DNA of 64,000 bases, from assembly GCA_043228905.1 (NCBI GenBank), contig JBHGNT010000005.1:3968001-4032000 (forward strand). The letters run 5' to 3'. A program made the position numbers and the translations under genes. The DNA is from Azolla caroliniana. Taxonomy: Eukaryota; Plantae; Polypodiophyta. The notes beneath the pieces were generated by a model that ran no database searches, was not told where the DNA came from, and saw only the letters and a program-made list of their open reading frames with translations. Below, one piece after another: positions 12,200-25,429 of this stretch (position 1 is its first letter; each line of letters starts with the position of its first letter).

Positions 12200-13098
12200 G
12201 TGGTGATGGAAACCATTGTGTGTATGTCAGGCGCTTCGTTGAAGGTAACTATATTATTCTCTTATTGTATGTTGATGATATATGCTAATTGTCAGACAAG
12301 ATGTAGACATGATTCACAACTTAAAAGTAGACCTATCCTAAGTCCTTTCACATGAAAGATTTAGGGCATGCTAAACATATTTTAGGCATGAAAGTTACTC
12401 GCAATAGGGAATGTGGAAAGTTGTGGCTTTCCCAATAAAAGTACATAGAATGAATACTAAAGAGGTTTAATATGCAACATGCAAAACCGGTAAGTACCCA
12501 TCTTGCTAGTCATTTAAAACTGTGTAGAAAAGACTGTCCACATATCGAGCAAGAAAAAGAAGAGATGTCCTCAATTCCTCACTCTTTAGCAATTGGTTCC
12601 TTAATGTATGCCATAGCTAGTACAAGACCAGATATTGCTCATCTGGTTGGTGTCTAAGTAGATATATCTCCCCAATCTTGATAAGTCTCATTGGGACATC
12701 GTAAAATGGATTTTTGGATATTTAAGAGGTACATCTAGACCGTGTTTATCTTTTGGAGGTTCTTGACCAATTCTTGAAGATTTTTAAGATATAAGTTACA
12801 AAAGTGTGATGCTTTCGATGCTTTGCTTTATTTCAGAATTGGGTTTGAATCAACTAACTGATGTGATCTTTTATGATAATCAAAGTGCAATATAGATTTG
12901 AGCAAGAACTCGATGGACCATTATCGCACGAAACACATTGAAATGCGACGTCATTGGCTATGCTTGGCAATTGAAGACAAACTATTACAACCCAAGAAAA
13001 TTCACACAGATGGTAATGTTGCTGACATGTTGACAAAGGTAGTCTCTACAGAAAAGCTTGAGCTATGTGCCAAGTTTGTTGGATTGAATGCAAGTTGA
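12200..13098 (+). mobile_element. Degenerate Ty1/Copia RT-RNase H end (a possible decayed LTR follows to about 13.7 kb)
   Basis: NHCVYVRRF..NYIILLLYVDD, FHMKDLGHAKHILGMKV, AIGSLMYAIASTRPDIAHLVG, HWDIVKWIFGYLRGT and HYRTKHIEMRRHWL..KIHTDGNVADMLTK, with stops and frameshifts. Confidence 0.95.
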
Positions 13099-14385
13099 GT
13101 TGCTCAATGAAATCTTCAAGAGAGATTTTTAGTATTTTTTGCTACACTAATTAGGTGTGTGGATGGGCGTTGGATGCCCAAATGTTATTATTTTAAAAAC
13201 TGTGTGAAAAGGCTCACACTTATTTCTATTTACATATCTATACACACTTTTAAAAAATGAGAAAATGGGGACAAACGAGCAAATTTCTATGGTAGAGGAG
13301 AGCAAAATTTTTGGAGAGTTTTTAGAGAGCTCATACTCTTATTCTTGGCCTTCTCCATTAATGTTTCTAAGTACACGATTTAACACTGACATTTTGGACA
13401 TTGTGTAGTCTTTTGGTGGTTTTTTGTGTCTTGTTAGTTGGGTTTAAGTTATTAGAGGAAATTTTACTTTCCTCTTTACATATACTCTAATATATTCAGA
13501 GCATAACTTTGGTGTACAAATTCTATATGCTCATGGTGAACTATTTTTGGACTAGGTTCTGTGGTTTTTACCTCCTTGAAGGTTTTTCACATCAAACATT
13601 TTGTGGTGTATAATGCATGATTTTGTTGTTTTTTCTGGAATAATTTGCACAATGAAATCTTTCTCATTATAAGTGGTAAAATGCTATCATGAATCTGATC
13701 AATGGTTTGGTCTTTGCTTTTAATATGTGTTGCAAGTCCCCCGCGATCTAATTAACAATGGTTCGTGTTCCTCCGACACGTACATAACTTCTTTTTGCTA
13801 TAACTTATAACCATGTACGTATTTGGAAATGTGAATATTCATTTCTACATCCATATCCAGGGTTCATCCTCTTATATAGTGTGATGAATGATATGATGAT
13901 GGATCACTATCTCTACATGCAAGCTGGAAAGGTTTATTTATACTTTTTGTTTATCTTATTTAGTTTCAAGGGGAGTATACCTTTCCTTTTGCTGCATTCC
14001 AATCCAACCTATGACCTTGTGACGCCTAGTTTATTGGTAGTTTCCAATTCAATTCCTCTATTGTGTGGAAGGTCATTTCTAGGGTCCTACCGTCTCACGT
14101 TGTTGTTTTTGATAAATGCACCAACTAGTATGCTATATAATGGGTTTTTTTTATAGTTCTAGAAAGGCATCACACACTATCATTTAGACAAAATGTAGGA
14201 AAGCCTGAAAATGTAAATATGGTATAATGCTGAAAATTCTGGCATCTCTATTTATTTATTTTTTAAACATATCCTTCCATTAGTTTAAAAAACCATATCA
14301 GCGACAAAATACAAAATGATGGAAAGGAGATGATTATCCTTCCCCAACCCAAAAATTGAGAAATGAGATATGAGAAATGATACTT

Positions 14386-14909
14386 ATATATAAGTTTCAC
14401 CTTGTGGTATATATGGAAAGCGCGTTGCCTCAAGGTCTTCCAAGGTACGGTACGGCCCCCGGAGGAAGTGATCATGGACATATGGTTCGCGCTTATCAAC
14501 TGCCTACGAGGGCAACTAGAAGAGGTTTGCAGCCACTCCAACGACGTGACCACTGCCCGTTTGCGTTTTTGGCAGAAATGGCGGAACACACCTATGGTGA
14601 TGCAAGGCGGGAGTGGCCCGAGGTGGAACTACCAGCCCCCACGTTGCTTGTTTCCTACTCACCTACCACCCTCTCTTCGGTGTAGGCCCCAAGAGCCGAC
14701 TCGTACTAGGCAACATTGAAGGGCATCGCCTTGGATATAGGTAGCTTCTTACATTAAGTTAGGCCGCAAGGCAATGTAAGTGGCTCATCTTCTTTGGCTT
14801 GATCGGAGGAAGTCTCCCCGATGTGTGTATAAGTCTCCTTATAGACTCTATGTAATAATCCTTCCTAACTAATGGGAAAGTAGTTTTACTTTGAAAAAAA
14901 TAAATAAAT
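14386..14909 (+). mobile_element. 5'-truncated non-LTR (L1-type LINE) insertion with A-rich tail and 15-bp TSD
   Basis: ORF 14402-14719 (LWYIWKARCLKVF...FWQKW...PRWNYQPP) resembles the L1 ORF2 C-terminus. The tail aaaaaaataaataaa lies at about 14894-14908. Flanks are tgagaaatgatactt (14371-14385) and tgagaaataatactt (14910-14924), one mismatch. Confidence 0.8.
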
Positions 14910-17900
14910 TGAGAAATAATACTTGAGGAACCCAAAAATGTATAAAAGAATACCACTAGATAGAGCACTTTTGAATTTAATCTTACCAATCACCATAAGC
15001 TCAATTTTCCTTCCTTCCTAAAACCATGTTTTCCAATGTTTGCTTAGTGTCATAAAAAAGACCCTAACATTGGATATATCTACATGTGCAAAGATGATAG
15101 AATTGTTTCGTAAAGCACATGCTGAAAACCATATGTTCGATGCTTCCACTTCCACGGGTTTAGCAAATGCGTAAACATTGAATTTCACTGACTATGATTT
15201 GATGAGCGCTCTCTAATTTACCAATAAGAATGCATATTACTTGCATAACATACAAATTTTTTCATGATTGTTGCCTTCAACAAAACGTATGTCTATTTCT
15301 AGCTAAGAAACATATGACATGTCTTCATGTGCATGTATAGTCCCCCAATGGCTCCAAACTATAATATGAGGGGATCATCTCAAATTATTGCACATACAGA
15401 GTATGCCAATTTTTAGTTAGTAAGCTCTAGTAAATTCAAACATTTGTTTGGTAGTAAGTGAAGTCTTGATTATGTCATTTTCCTCTTGATCGGAGAATTT
15501 TTGTACCTATTAAATAGCTTCAATGATGAAAATATGTAGCAAATAACATTTATATCCTTATGAAGGCAAACATAAGTTTTAACACCATGAAGGCATTGAA
15601 TTTATTTGATAATTGATTTCTAGTAAGTTATAGGTGACTAATGTTTATCCGGTCAACTAAATTTATATAATGTGAGCACACGTGGTTACATAAAATTTTG
15701 AAGTTGGCCGAATAAATGTCATGGAATAGAATTCTGAAGTTATTATCTTAAGGATATAACGAGGAATGACATAAGTATGAGAGTCTTGGGATGAGTGATT
15801 GCAAGAAAATGTAGAATTGGATAAGCTAAGGAATCAAAGCACATTGTTTTACAACTTGGCTACATATAATGTGCTGATATTTGTTTGTAGATGTCAGCAG
15901 TTATCACGGAATGTCAAAGTTGATGGGTTGCCCAAAGTGGCAAGGGAGGTTCACCAATGTATGCCATTATTAAACTAAACAAGGAATAAAATCTTTATAT
16001 TTTATAAGGGAAAGTTTATGATGTATGTTTGCTTAGAATAAGATACACTTATAGAAGCCATCATAAAATCCAAAATTAACTTTAGCCACGAATTGATGGA
16101 TAGATTTGACATGGACATCCTCGATGGGCGTGCAATACTTTAAATTATCAAAGAAAATGTGACAAGAAGATGTAAAATAGAATTTTCATTCTTGTAATTG
16201 ATAAAAGCACATCGAGCTATTGCTGCATTTTGTTTTGCTTCTATTACATTGTTATTTGAAATTGTAACATTCAATGTAAGTTGATAAAAGAATGTATGAT
16301 GAGGTACAATTGTTTCATTCATAGAACTATTGGGTTTTGACAAAGCTTAGAGTAATAGCATGGAGTCTGTGTGAAGCACACTCCTCCATCATTGTGCACT
16401 TGGAGATGCATTGTTTTTGGAGGAATTCTTGATTCATCGTGACATGCTTTGACACATTTTGAAGACATGATCCACATCATAGGTGAGCCGATTCGAGATG
16501 CTAAAATATCACCTCATGCTCAATAGCTTGCTCTTTTGTAGTTTTTTGGATCTTGGAACTTGCATTGCATTTGAGTGGAATTTGAGAAAAGGAAAGAGAG
16601 ATCAACTAGTAGGGTTTTGAGATCAAAACAATAAATGTCAAATGTTTTGGCAATCTAAAAGAAAGTGTAGAGTTCAACAATAACACATTGTGTGCTATAT
16701 TCATTTGTAATTTGTCTTGCCTTTCTCACTAATTGTGGCACATAAGGTACACCAATCATGCTCTATCGGACCATTGAGTGACAAAAAAGAGTGACATAAT
16801 ATGTGCTATGCCAATCCACGTGGTTCCTATTTCACCCTTGGGCATCAATGTTGAGTGTATGAAGAACTATGTAGAGATTGATTATTGCTAAAATATATTC
16901 CTCCTGATGCACACAAAATATGTATATTTGAAGAAATATCTGGGTTTATGATGAAGGTGTTGTATATATGGCATGTTACTTTGTGTTTGGTGGAAAGATT
17001 TGAACATGGGATAACAATCCTCTCTTCCAATTGGTGCAAATCTGTTTATTTGGTGGGAATTTGTGTTTGCAAAATCGTTCCCCCCCCCTCCAATTCTTGA
17101 CGAATACATAGGCTCCTTATGTGCCTATTTATGTTGTTGTGTCACATATTCAAGAGTCATTTAGTTATGGCATTGGAGCTATGCACATGATCCTTAAAGG
17201 AGTTGCCTTCATATTTCACCTAATAATAGGATCTTAAGAGTACTCTCTAAGTTTAATGACTTTGATGACCAATCGATCCTAACATAGTTTTACAAGGCAA
17301 TGTCTTTTGATGTAGTCAAACTTGAGAAAATGTCTATGCTTAAGGAGAGATTGCACATATATACTTATGAGTTGTGCAAGATTGTTGCTTGTGGTTGCTT
17401 CACATCGTGGTTAGGGGTGATCCTTCTCCAATTTGTTTTGATGATCAGAGAGGAGTATGGAGATCAAAGTTTCTCTAGTGAGTTGCAAGGTTCAATTTTG
17501 TTTTCATGATCATGATGATGAGTGTGGAGGAGGATTATTCTTTTGTCACAAAATGGCATGGGGGAAGAGTATATACGATTGGGTGCATCATGTCCTTTCA
17601 TTGTAGGTGTCAAAACATGTTGAGTCTATGTATGTTGTAGGATTGCAATTTGTTGTCCTTGGCATCCTCTGTCCATTTGATTCAATGCCTTGAACATATA
17701 ACAGATGTATAGCTCAAGCAGTTTTGCCAAAATCCAACTCTTCAACTAGAAGACAAAATTATGATTTTATTGGTTTTCTACCTTTCAGTATAAGAGTATG
17801 GCATCCCAAGGTTGGATTGGTAGGTTAAGTGTCTCTATGTCCTTTTCTTCATTAACAACGTTACTTTTGGACTCTCATCAAGCCCTCTTACAGAATGGGT

Positions 17901-19360
17901 CTACCGCAAGTTTTGAGGAGAATTGTAGAGTATGACATGATCACCTTGAATCTGTACTTCCACATGATCCTTTAGATCAAGAAACAGGGTAAGCAGATGT
18001 TTCACTAAGTTTGGACCCAAAAAATTCTCACATCATGCTACTTGTATGATGATTTTTTCAAAGTGTCCTATGCATAGGACAATATAGAGTGGGATAGAGA
18101 GGGAGTTTGTATTATTGTAGTTCAGAAATAATTATCACTTATACATGAGTTGTCACTTTCGAAGTAAATGTTTACTATTGTGATATCATTATCATGGATC
18201 AACAAGACATGTTTTTATGACCATTCTAAATTATATTTTGGCATTACAAGCAACATTGGAATTTAAATATTTACTCGTATGAATGTCATGAATGTGGGGA
18301 TCCCATATTACAAAAGAAAAACACACATCAATGTTTGTGTGATGGAACTTTTATTCTATCATATGGTGCACATGAAAGATCTAGCACTTCGGTTAAGCTC
18401 CTCAAATTGTTTTATTTGTTAGTGATGAAAGCCATTAACTTTTCCACGAGGCATTGACCAAACCATCCCTTAAGAAAAAAATGATATTCTAGGGAAAGTA
18501 TTATAAGGTTTCTAAAAGGCGTGAACATATTTCACTTTACATAGATGGGTTAGATATAGTAAATTGTCACGTTTAACTAAAACCTTGTAAGCTAGGAGAT
18601 CATCAATGAACTAATCATATTGTCAAAAGTGGGTAGCTAAGAGGTTTGACGAACAAAAGTTGCACGCGTCATTTATCATCTTTATTTGCTAGATCATTGA
18701 GAATAATCATGCAAAATACCACTATGATGTTGTCAGTTGTGATGTGCATAGTCAAAGAAAAGTAGTATCCATCCACAAAGTTCATGATTTAAACATTTGA
18801 AATAATAATTGTCTAAATGCTGAAATAAATAATAAATATCAACAAGATGTGTAGATTTACATTTGTCCACTCATAATAGAATTAGGGCAATATGCATCAT
18901 CAAACGAAGATGAAGACGAGCACTCCACAAACAAAAATTACAATGGATCAAGCAATAAACTTCTTCCAATGTGAGAATACAATGATAAGATAAGTATAAA
19001 GCTATCAATTATTAAAAACATAATCATTGGTTGAAGAACTGAAAGGGCATTGCCCCACCATCAACTTTCTGAAGTAAAAAATAGCAATGGAATGAAATTT
19101 GGACTCTCCCATCTTACTAGGGTACAATGAGACAACCAAGGATATCGGCTTATTTTTGCAATATGCAAAGTTGTGCTACATTGTAGGAATCTTATTAGCA
19201 TGTAAAATAAAACTAGTGGACAATTTGCATTAATTTATTCTAACAATGTCCCAACAAACATCGAAAGGGAGAAAAAAGGAAACTTTCATATCCAAAGCTA
19301 GATTTAGATATAGGTTTGGTGTAGGTGTTAGAGAGTATAATTCAAATATGAAGAACTATA

Positions 19361-19662
19361 GGTATCCAATGACCTTCAAAGCATATTTATGGATTTCTTA
19401 GACATTTGAGTGCCCCAAACATTTTGTGGTTGAAGACAATCAAAGGTGTAAGACGAATTAGGTCTGGCAAAAAGCAAGCAAGCCAATGCGATGAACACAT
19501 TAGTATATGAGGAACTCTAGGTATCCAATGACCTTCAAAGCATATTTATAGATTGTTCGGACATTTGTGTGCCCCAAACATATTGTGGTTGAAGACAATT
19601 GAATGTGCAAGTCGAAATTGGTCTGGCAAAAAGCAAGCAAGCCAATGCGGTGAACACATTAG
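19361..19662. repeat. About 159-bp diverged tandem duplication
   Basis: ggtatccaatgaccttcaaagcatattta...ggtctggcaaaaagcaagcaagccaatgcg.tgaacacattag begins at 19361 and again at 19520. Confidence 0.9.
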
Positions 19663-20039
19663 CATGGAATAATATGATAGGATACAAAGCCTATCCTTTG
19701 TTTTTTTTTGTCTTCTCGACTTGCTGTCCGAGCCAACTGTGATGGGGTTGAGCTTTTGAGTAGACTTTCGTGTTCTCATTAGTTTGTGTGGGGTGGACAA
19801 TGTATGAGCACAGGGATAAAAGTGACGTGATGAACACATGGGAGAAATAAAGGAACTCAATCACCGAGACTGAAAAGGACACGTGTGCGTGTGTCTCTAT
19901 GTGGGTCAAAAGTATGTAGATTTTGGAAGCATATTAAACAAAGGCACGATCTATGCATATTATACATATGAGAGAAAGAGAAAGAAATAGTAACGTGACT
20001 TTTTAAGAGGCCAAAATGGCCTATAAGACCAAACGAGAG

Positions 20040-20042
20040 GGG

Positions 20043-20077
<35 letters not shown>

Positions 20078-20278
20078 AGAATGGACAAGCGAGAAAAGGT
20101 GTGGTTCCTGTGATGGGGGTATAGGAGGAAAAAGTGAAAGTGTCGTCATGTGAAACAAGCAACCGAACCGAACCGAACCGAACCAGAAACCTGAACCAGC
20201 ACCAGAACCGAACACAGGGCCGGTTCCGTAGCGCACGTGTGCATGTGAAAGACAAAGAGAAAAGCCAAAAGCAGTGAG

Positions 20279-20315
<37 letters not shown>

Positions 20316-20898
20316 AGATTTAAGAGGTGTCCGTGTTTTTCTTTTTTCTTTTTTTCTTTTTTATTTATTTCCCTCTTTTTTGTCTTCGTTTGTAGTGATC
20401 TCTATGTTATGTTATGTTATGTTATGTATGAGTGTATGTGTGTGAATTTGGCCAACTATCTGACTTTTTCTACCACCACCACTACTGCTACTGCTACATG
20501 GATGGATGGATGGATACATGGATGGATATATGGATGGTCACACGTGTGTGTGTGTATATGTGTGTGTTTGCCATCTCCCCTGCTGTACTCCTTCTGCTGC
20601 ATGCTAAATGTGAATGGCTGGGAAGGATATGATTCTATGAATGAATTCATCCATCCTACTATCTATCTATCTATCTATCTATCTGTATCTATGTTTCTTC
20701 TATTTCTATACATACATATTTATCTACTCCAACAATCAATGCATGGCTCTCACATCATCCATCCCCATCCCATATTTTATAACCCCATCCATCCATCATC
20801 CTCTCTCTACAGTCCTTTTCTGTTCACACACAATTCATTCTCTCTCTCCCTCTCTCTCTAGTTTGACATATTCATGCTCTCTCTGCTTTGACATATTA

Positions 20899-20929
<31 letters not shown>

Positions 20930-21500
20930 CTCTCTCTCTCTCTTTCATTCGTTTGCAAGTAGAATGTTGTGATCAATGAGTGTCTCATAATTTGGGCCCC
21001 AAATCTTAACTCTGTTGAATAAATACATCATTATTATATTTAATCTGCCCTTCCCTTCCTCTCTCTCTCTCTGTCTGTACATACATACATACATACATAC
21101 ATATGTATGTGTGTGTGTATAGCATGTGGTGCTTATATAATATAATATATATATATATATATATATATGATCGATTGTGATGATTGATTGCTCAACCTCT
21201 CATGATTATAGTGATCATCTTGAAAATCCAGCAAATAACTGAGAGCTTCCTTTCGTATACATAATAATGTACTAGTTAGTATCAGCTATCATCTCATCCA
21301 TACAACAACACATATGTACATAGACCCAAGAATTAATATAACTTATAAAGAGGAAAATACATCATAATATATATATATATATATACCCATTAACCTCTGT
21401 ATACGCTTGTTTGATTAGTGATTCATGTACGCTTGTATATATCCATAGACCCAAGAAGAAGAAGAAGAAGAAGAAGAAGAAGAAGAAGAAGAAGAAGATT
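20040..21500. repeat. Dense microsatellite island upstream of the kinase
   Basis: (GA)n, (AACCG)n, (TTATG)n, (GGAT)n, (TATC)n, (CA)n, (CT)n, (ACAT)n, (AT)n and (AAG)n tracts follow one another. Confidence 0.95.
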
Positions 21501-21533
21501 GATTCAGGTATACATATATACATATTATCACAA

Positions 21534-23990
21534 ATGGGTGTCAATGAAGACCTCAGCAGTAAGCTATCTCAGGAAATTGAACTATTAGGCATCAAGCTAT
21601 GGGTGCTTATTTCAATATCGGTGGGTGTGTTTATGACTCTCATTCTGTCTGTCATGTCCATATGCCTCCTTGTATCGAGAAGGAAGAAACACCGCAGCAG
21701 CTTGGAACCAGTGTTCCAGCATGTGAACACAAGCAAGGTCCCCCCCACATACATTTCTACGGATTCTCCATGGTCATCAAGCATCTCGACAACAGGAGGG
21801 GATGATCTGCTCATCATCATCCCACCCACCACAGGTGTTTGGGATCCCACCTGCCATCAACACGACAATGATGCCTCATGGCTCAATCGTAAGCAGGGCA
21901 CCCATAATCAAATATATCATTGGTTCACACTTAGGGACATGCAAGAAGCTACCCATGGTTTCTCTGAGTCCAACATCCTAGGGCATGGTGGCTATGGCAT
22001 TGTGTACAAAGGTCAACTGCCTGATGGAACCCTAATTGCTGTTAAGAATCTTCTCATGAACGACAACAACAACAACATGTAAATACATCTACTTGACAAA
22101 CTGCTACTATTGCTACAATTAATCATCATTTTCTTTAATCTTCTTAATAGCATAAATAACGTTATAAACATATTTGATACAGATATATGTATGTATATTG
22201 TGTAGATATCTCATGCGTGTCCTTATAGCCATACATATTGTTTACCAAGTCCCTCGTAAGTGCCGGAAACAACCGATTATATATATATATATATATGCTA
22301 CAAAGTTTTTTCAAAACTGCCCAAAGCAACAGATTCTTTGGTACTGTCTTATGTCTTATATTAACCATAGATGTTTGTCTAGCAAGCTCTCCGAGAACAA
22401 CCCCTTCTAATCATGTTGCGAGCGATATGTTTCGCATGATAACTGTAGATAATTTTCAAGCCATTGATACTTGAATGTTGACAAAAATTGTCTTTCTTGA
22501 AAAAAGGGGTCAAGTGGAGAGAGAATTCCATGTGGAGTTGGAAGTGATCAAGCATGCGAGACACGAGAACCTCGTTCGATTCCTCGGTTATTGCAAAGAA
22601 GGAACCCATAGGTAATAATCACATAATGTCATAGACAAATTCTAAGCCCCGCCTCTTTTCCTTGTGCCCAAGTAATATGTCAATGACATGTAGTTTAGCT
22701 CCCCATGATATTGATCATAATTTTCGATAGGATGTTGGTCTACGAGTATGTGGACAATGGGAGCCTCGAGCAATGGCTTCATTCATCTCCAAGCATTGTT
22801 CTCAAGTGGGAAAGTCGCATGAAGATCTTACATGGGACCGCGAAAGCGTGAGTATCAATTAGCAACCCCTCCATTAACCGTTGTTTTTTGGTTGTGTTGT
22901 AATAATATATATATATGTCAGATCACTTGGATACTAACTTGAGAGATATCTCGTTTGGATGTGTTTTTGCAGGCTAGCTTATATGCATGAAGCTTTGGAA
23001 CCTAGAGTAATTCACCGAGATGTTAAATCAAGCAACATTCTAGTAGATAGCCGATGGAATGCCAAAGTCTCTGACTTTGGCCTTGCAAAACTGCTCGCTG
23101 CCGAGAAACATCATATCGAGACCCGTGTAATGGGCACCTTCGGGTAACTAGATATTTAAAACCCGAATCCGATTCCTAATCATCTTTGTGCTAATGATCA
23201 AAATAATAACACCTCTCTTTGTGGTTCAATTCTTCTTCTTCTTCTTTTTACATATCTTTTTTATTGTCTTTATCTATGTCTTTTACTTCCTCTTTTAATA
23301 AGCATGCCACCCTTTTCACATTTGTAGATATGTGGCTCCGGAATATGCCAATACCGGCCTTTTAAATGAGAGATGTGATACTTATAGTTTTGGTATTGTC
23401 GTCCTTGAAACCATCACCGGAAGGGACCCGGTTGACTATGCCAGACCTCCGGGAGAGGTATGCTATATCATATCAAACTCAAACTCCATCAGCAACAAAC
23501 ATGTCTTTTCTAAGAATCAACTAACCTTTTAGATTAGTTGTAAAGCTTTTTAACTACATTTAGGCATTATAGGTGCTTGCATGTACCTGAGCTAATACAT
23601 ATTGGAATACTATGATTGATATTCTTGTGCCCAATGCACATGTACCCAATAGCAAAAACATGTCTAATACCATCGTTTCGCAAATATTCATAAAGAAGAG
23701 TTTGTATTGTGGCTAAATCATTCGCAACAGCATTCTCTTCGATTTCGATAATTGGGGTTAATGGTAGATTCTTTGCCTTTCAGGTGAATCTTGTGGATTG
23801 GTTGAATGTGATGGTATCAAATCATCAATTAGAAGAAGTAGTGGATCCAAACCTCAAAGAGAAGCCATCCCTCCAAGAATTGAAGAAGATTGTTGATATT
23901 GCGTTAAAATGTGTGGATCAAGAAGCTGAGAGGAGGCCAAAGATGAGTCAAGTAATTCAAATGCTAGAGTCCGATGATAATGTCCTTTAA
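21534..23990 (+). CDS. Single-pass receptor-like protein kinase, RLCK-V (At1g01540-like) type
   Basis: Exons 21534-22078, 22507-22611, 22731-22847, 22973-23143, 23328-23457, 23784-23990. N-terminal LS....[10 protein letters not shown] plus transmembrane segment, then [96 protein letters not shown]. Confidence 0.95.
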
Positions 23991-25429
23991 ACAAACAAAT
24001 GGGTGCAGACTTTAATCATTGTATATATCTAAAAAGGAGCCCCAATTTTGGTCTTCTTCTTAGTTTGTTGGATGGTCGGATGGATGGAGGATGGTAATTA
24101 GAATTCCTTCATATCCACATCTGCATTATTAATTGTCTAGTTGATTCAAAGCATGTCGAAGAAAAACCACACGAGGATAGGGACCTTGGTGAAATTAGGG
24201 CCCACTTCTTCGACGAAACATACTCTTCGAATTCAATTCATTTGCATCACATTCACCTAACTATTCCAAACATCAACAATGTAAGAGGAGCGACTTGCAA
24301 CAAGAATACCTAACTTTTTTTTTTGAATTCCTTTTTGTTTTGTTTGTAAACCAAACTTTCACATATGTTGTCAGGATATGAAGTCACATCTATACAAGTA
24401 GATACAAATTGGAGTATGTGAAACAATGTCAACGGATTCATATTAAATTCATTACGAAAAGACACAAAGCAATCAAAAATCAAAGGAATTGGCATGGAAT
24501 ACCCCCCAACTAATGGAATCTCTACATGGAAATGTTTCAATACCCTAAAGTGTAAAGAAAAATATATATGTACCCACATGCAACCTGAGCTCATTATTGA
24601 TCATAGTATAATTGCTATATCATATCGGTAGAATAGACCGCCTTATTATATCCCAACTATTTTTTTACACTTGTAAACTACAAAGAAAAACACAACTCCT
24701 CACATGGTGGGTGGTTCGGTGCCACTATGGCTTCTTATTTAATTGCATTTTCTTTACAATATGAAGATTGAAACATTCACTAAGGCTTGTTGTCACATGG
24801 GTTCTACATGTTGACCCCATAGGGTCGCTACGTATTATGTCCTTGTGTACTCGCATCATCGGCCAAATTGCTTGAAATCAAAGACCCACAATTTAGATGA
24901 TACCACTAAATTAGCTTCCTTTAAAAGGAGTCAATAAGAAAGGTGTATTCAATATGGCATCCAAGTTTTTAAATATATTAACTAGAAAGTTCTAATTAAT
25001 GTTTACTTTATGAAGACAACTTCCAAGAGAACTATTACCAATGTCATGATTATGCTTCATCTGATTTTCATCACTAATTTTGGTACAATTCAGATCAGGC
25101 CCTAAAGGTTATCAACGGTCACTAGTATAAGAAAGTTATAGACCTCTCAAATGCATACAATCAAGACATACATACATCACACAAATGTACATGTATGTGT
25201 GTGTGTCCATGAACCATCATTAAAGAAATTTCATGTTCAAGAATAAGATCCATTGGTCACACCTTGACCTCTCTTTTTCCTCTTTTGAGCTCATCTTTTC
25301 TCTCCTTTCTTTCTTCAGCTTGGCATCCCTCTTCTTTCTTCTTTCTTTTTGAGATTGAGAAGGCCAATCAATATCATAGAAACTTGCCCGCTTAACTATT
25401 TTGAATTGACTGCAATGTCTAGAGACTCC

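Noticed and set aside
19857-21533. Long ORFs and the poly-Lys N-terminal extension of ORF 21411
   Set aside because: Microsatellite read-through; the family-typical start is M at 21534.
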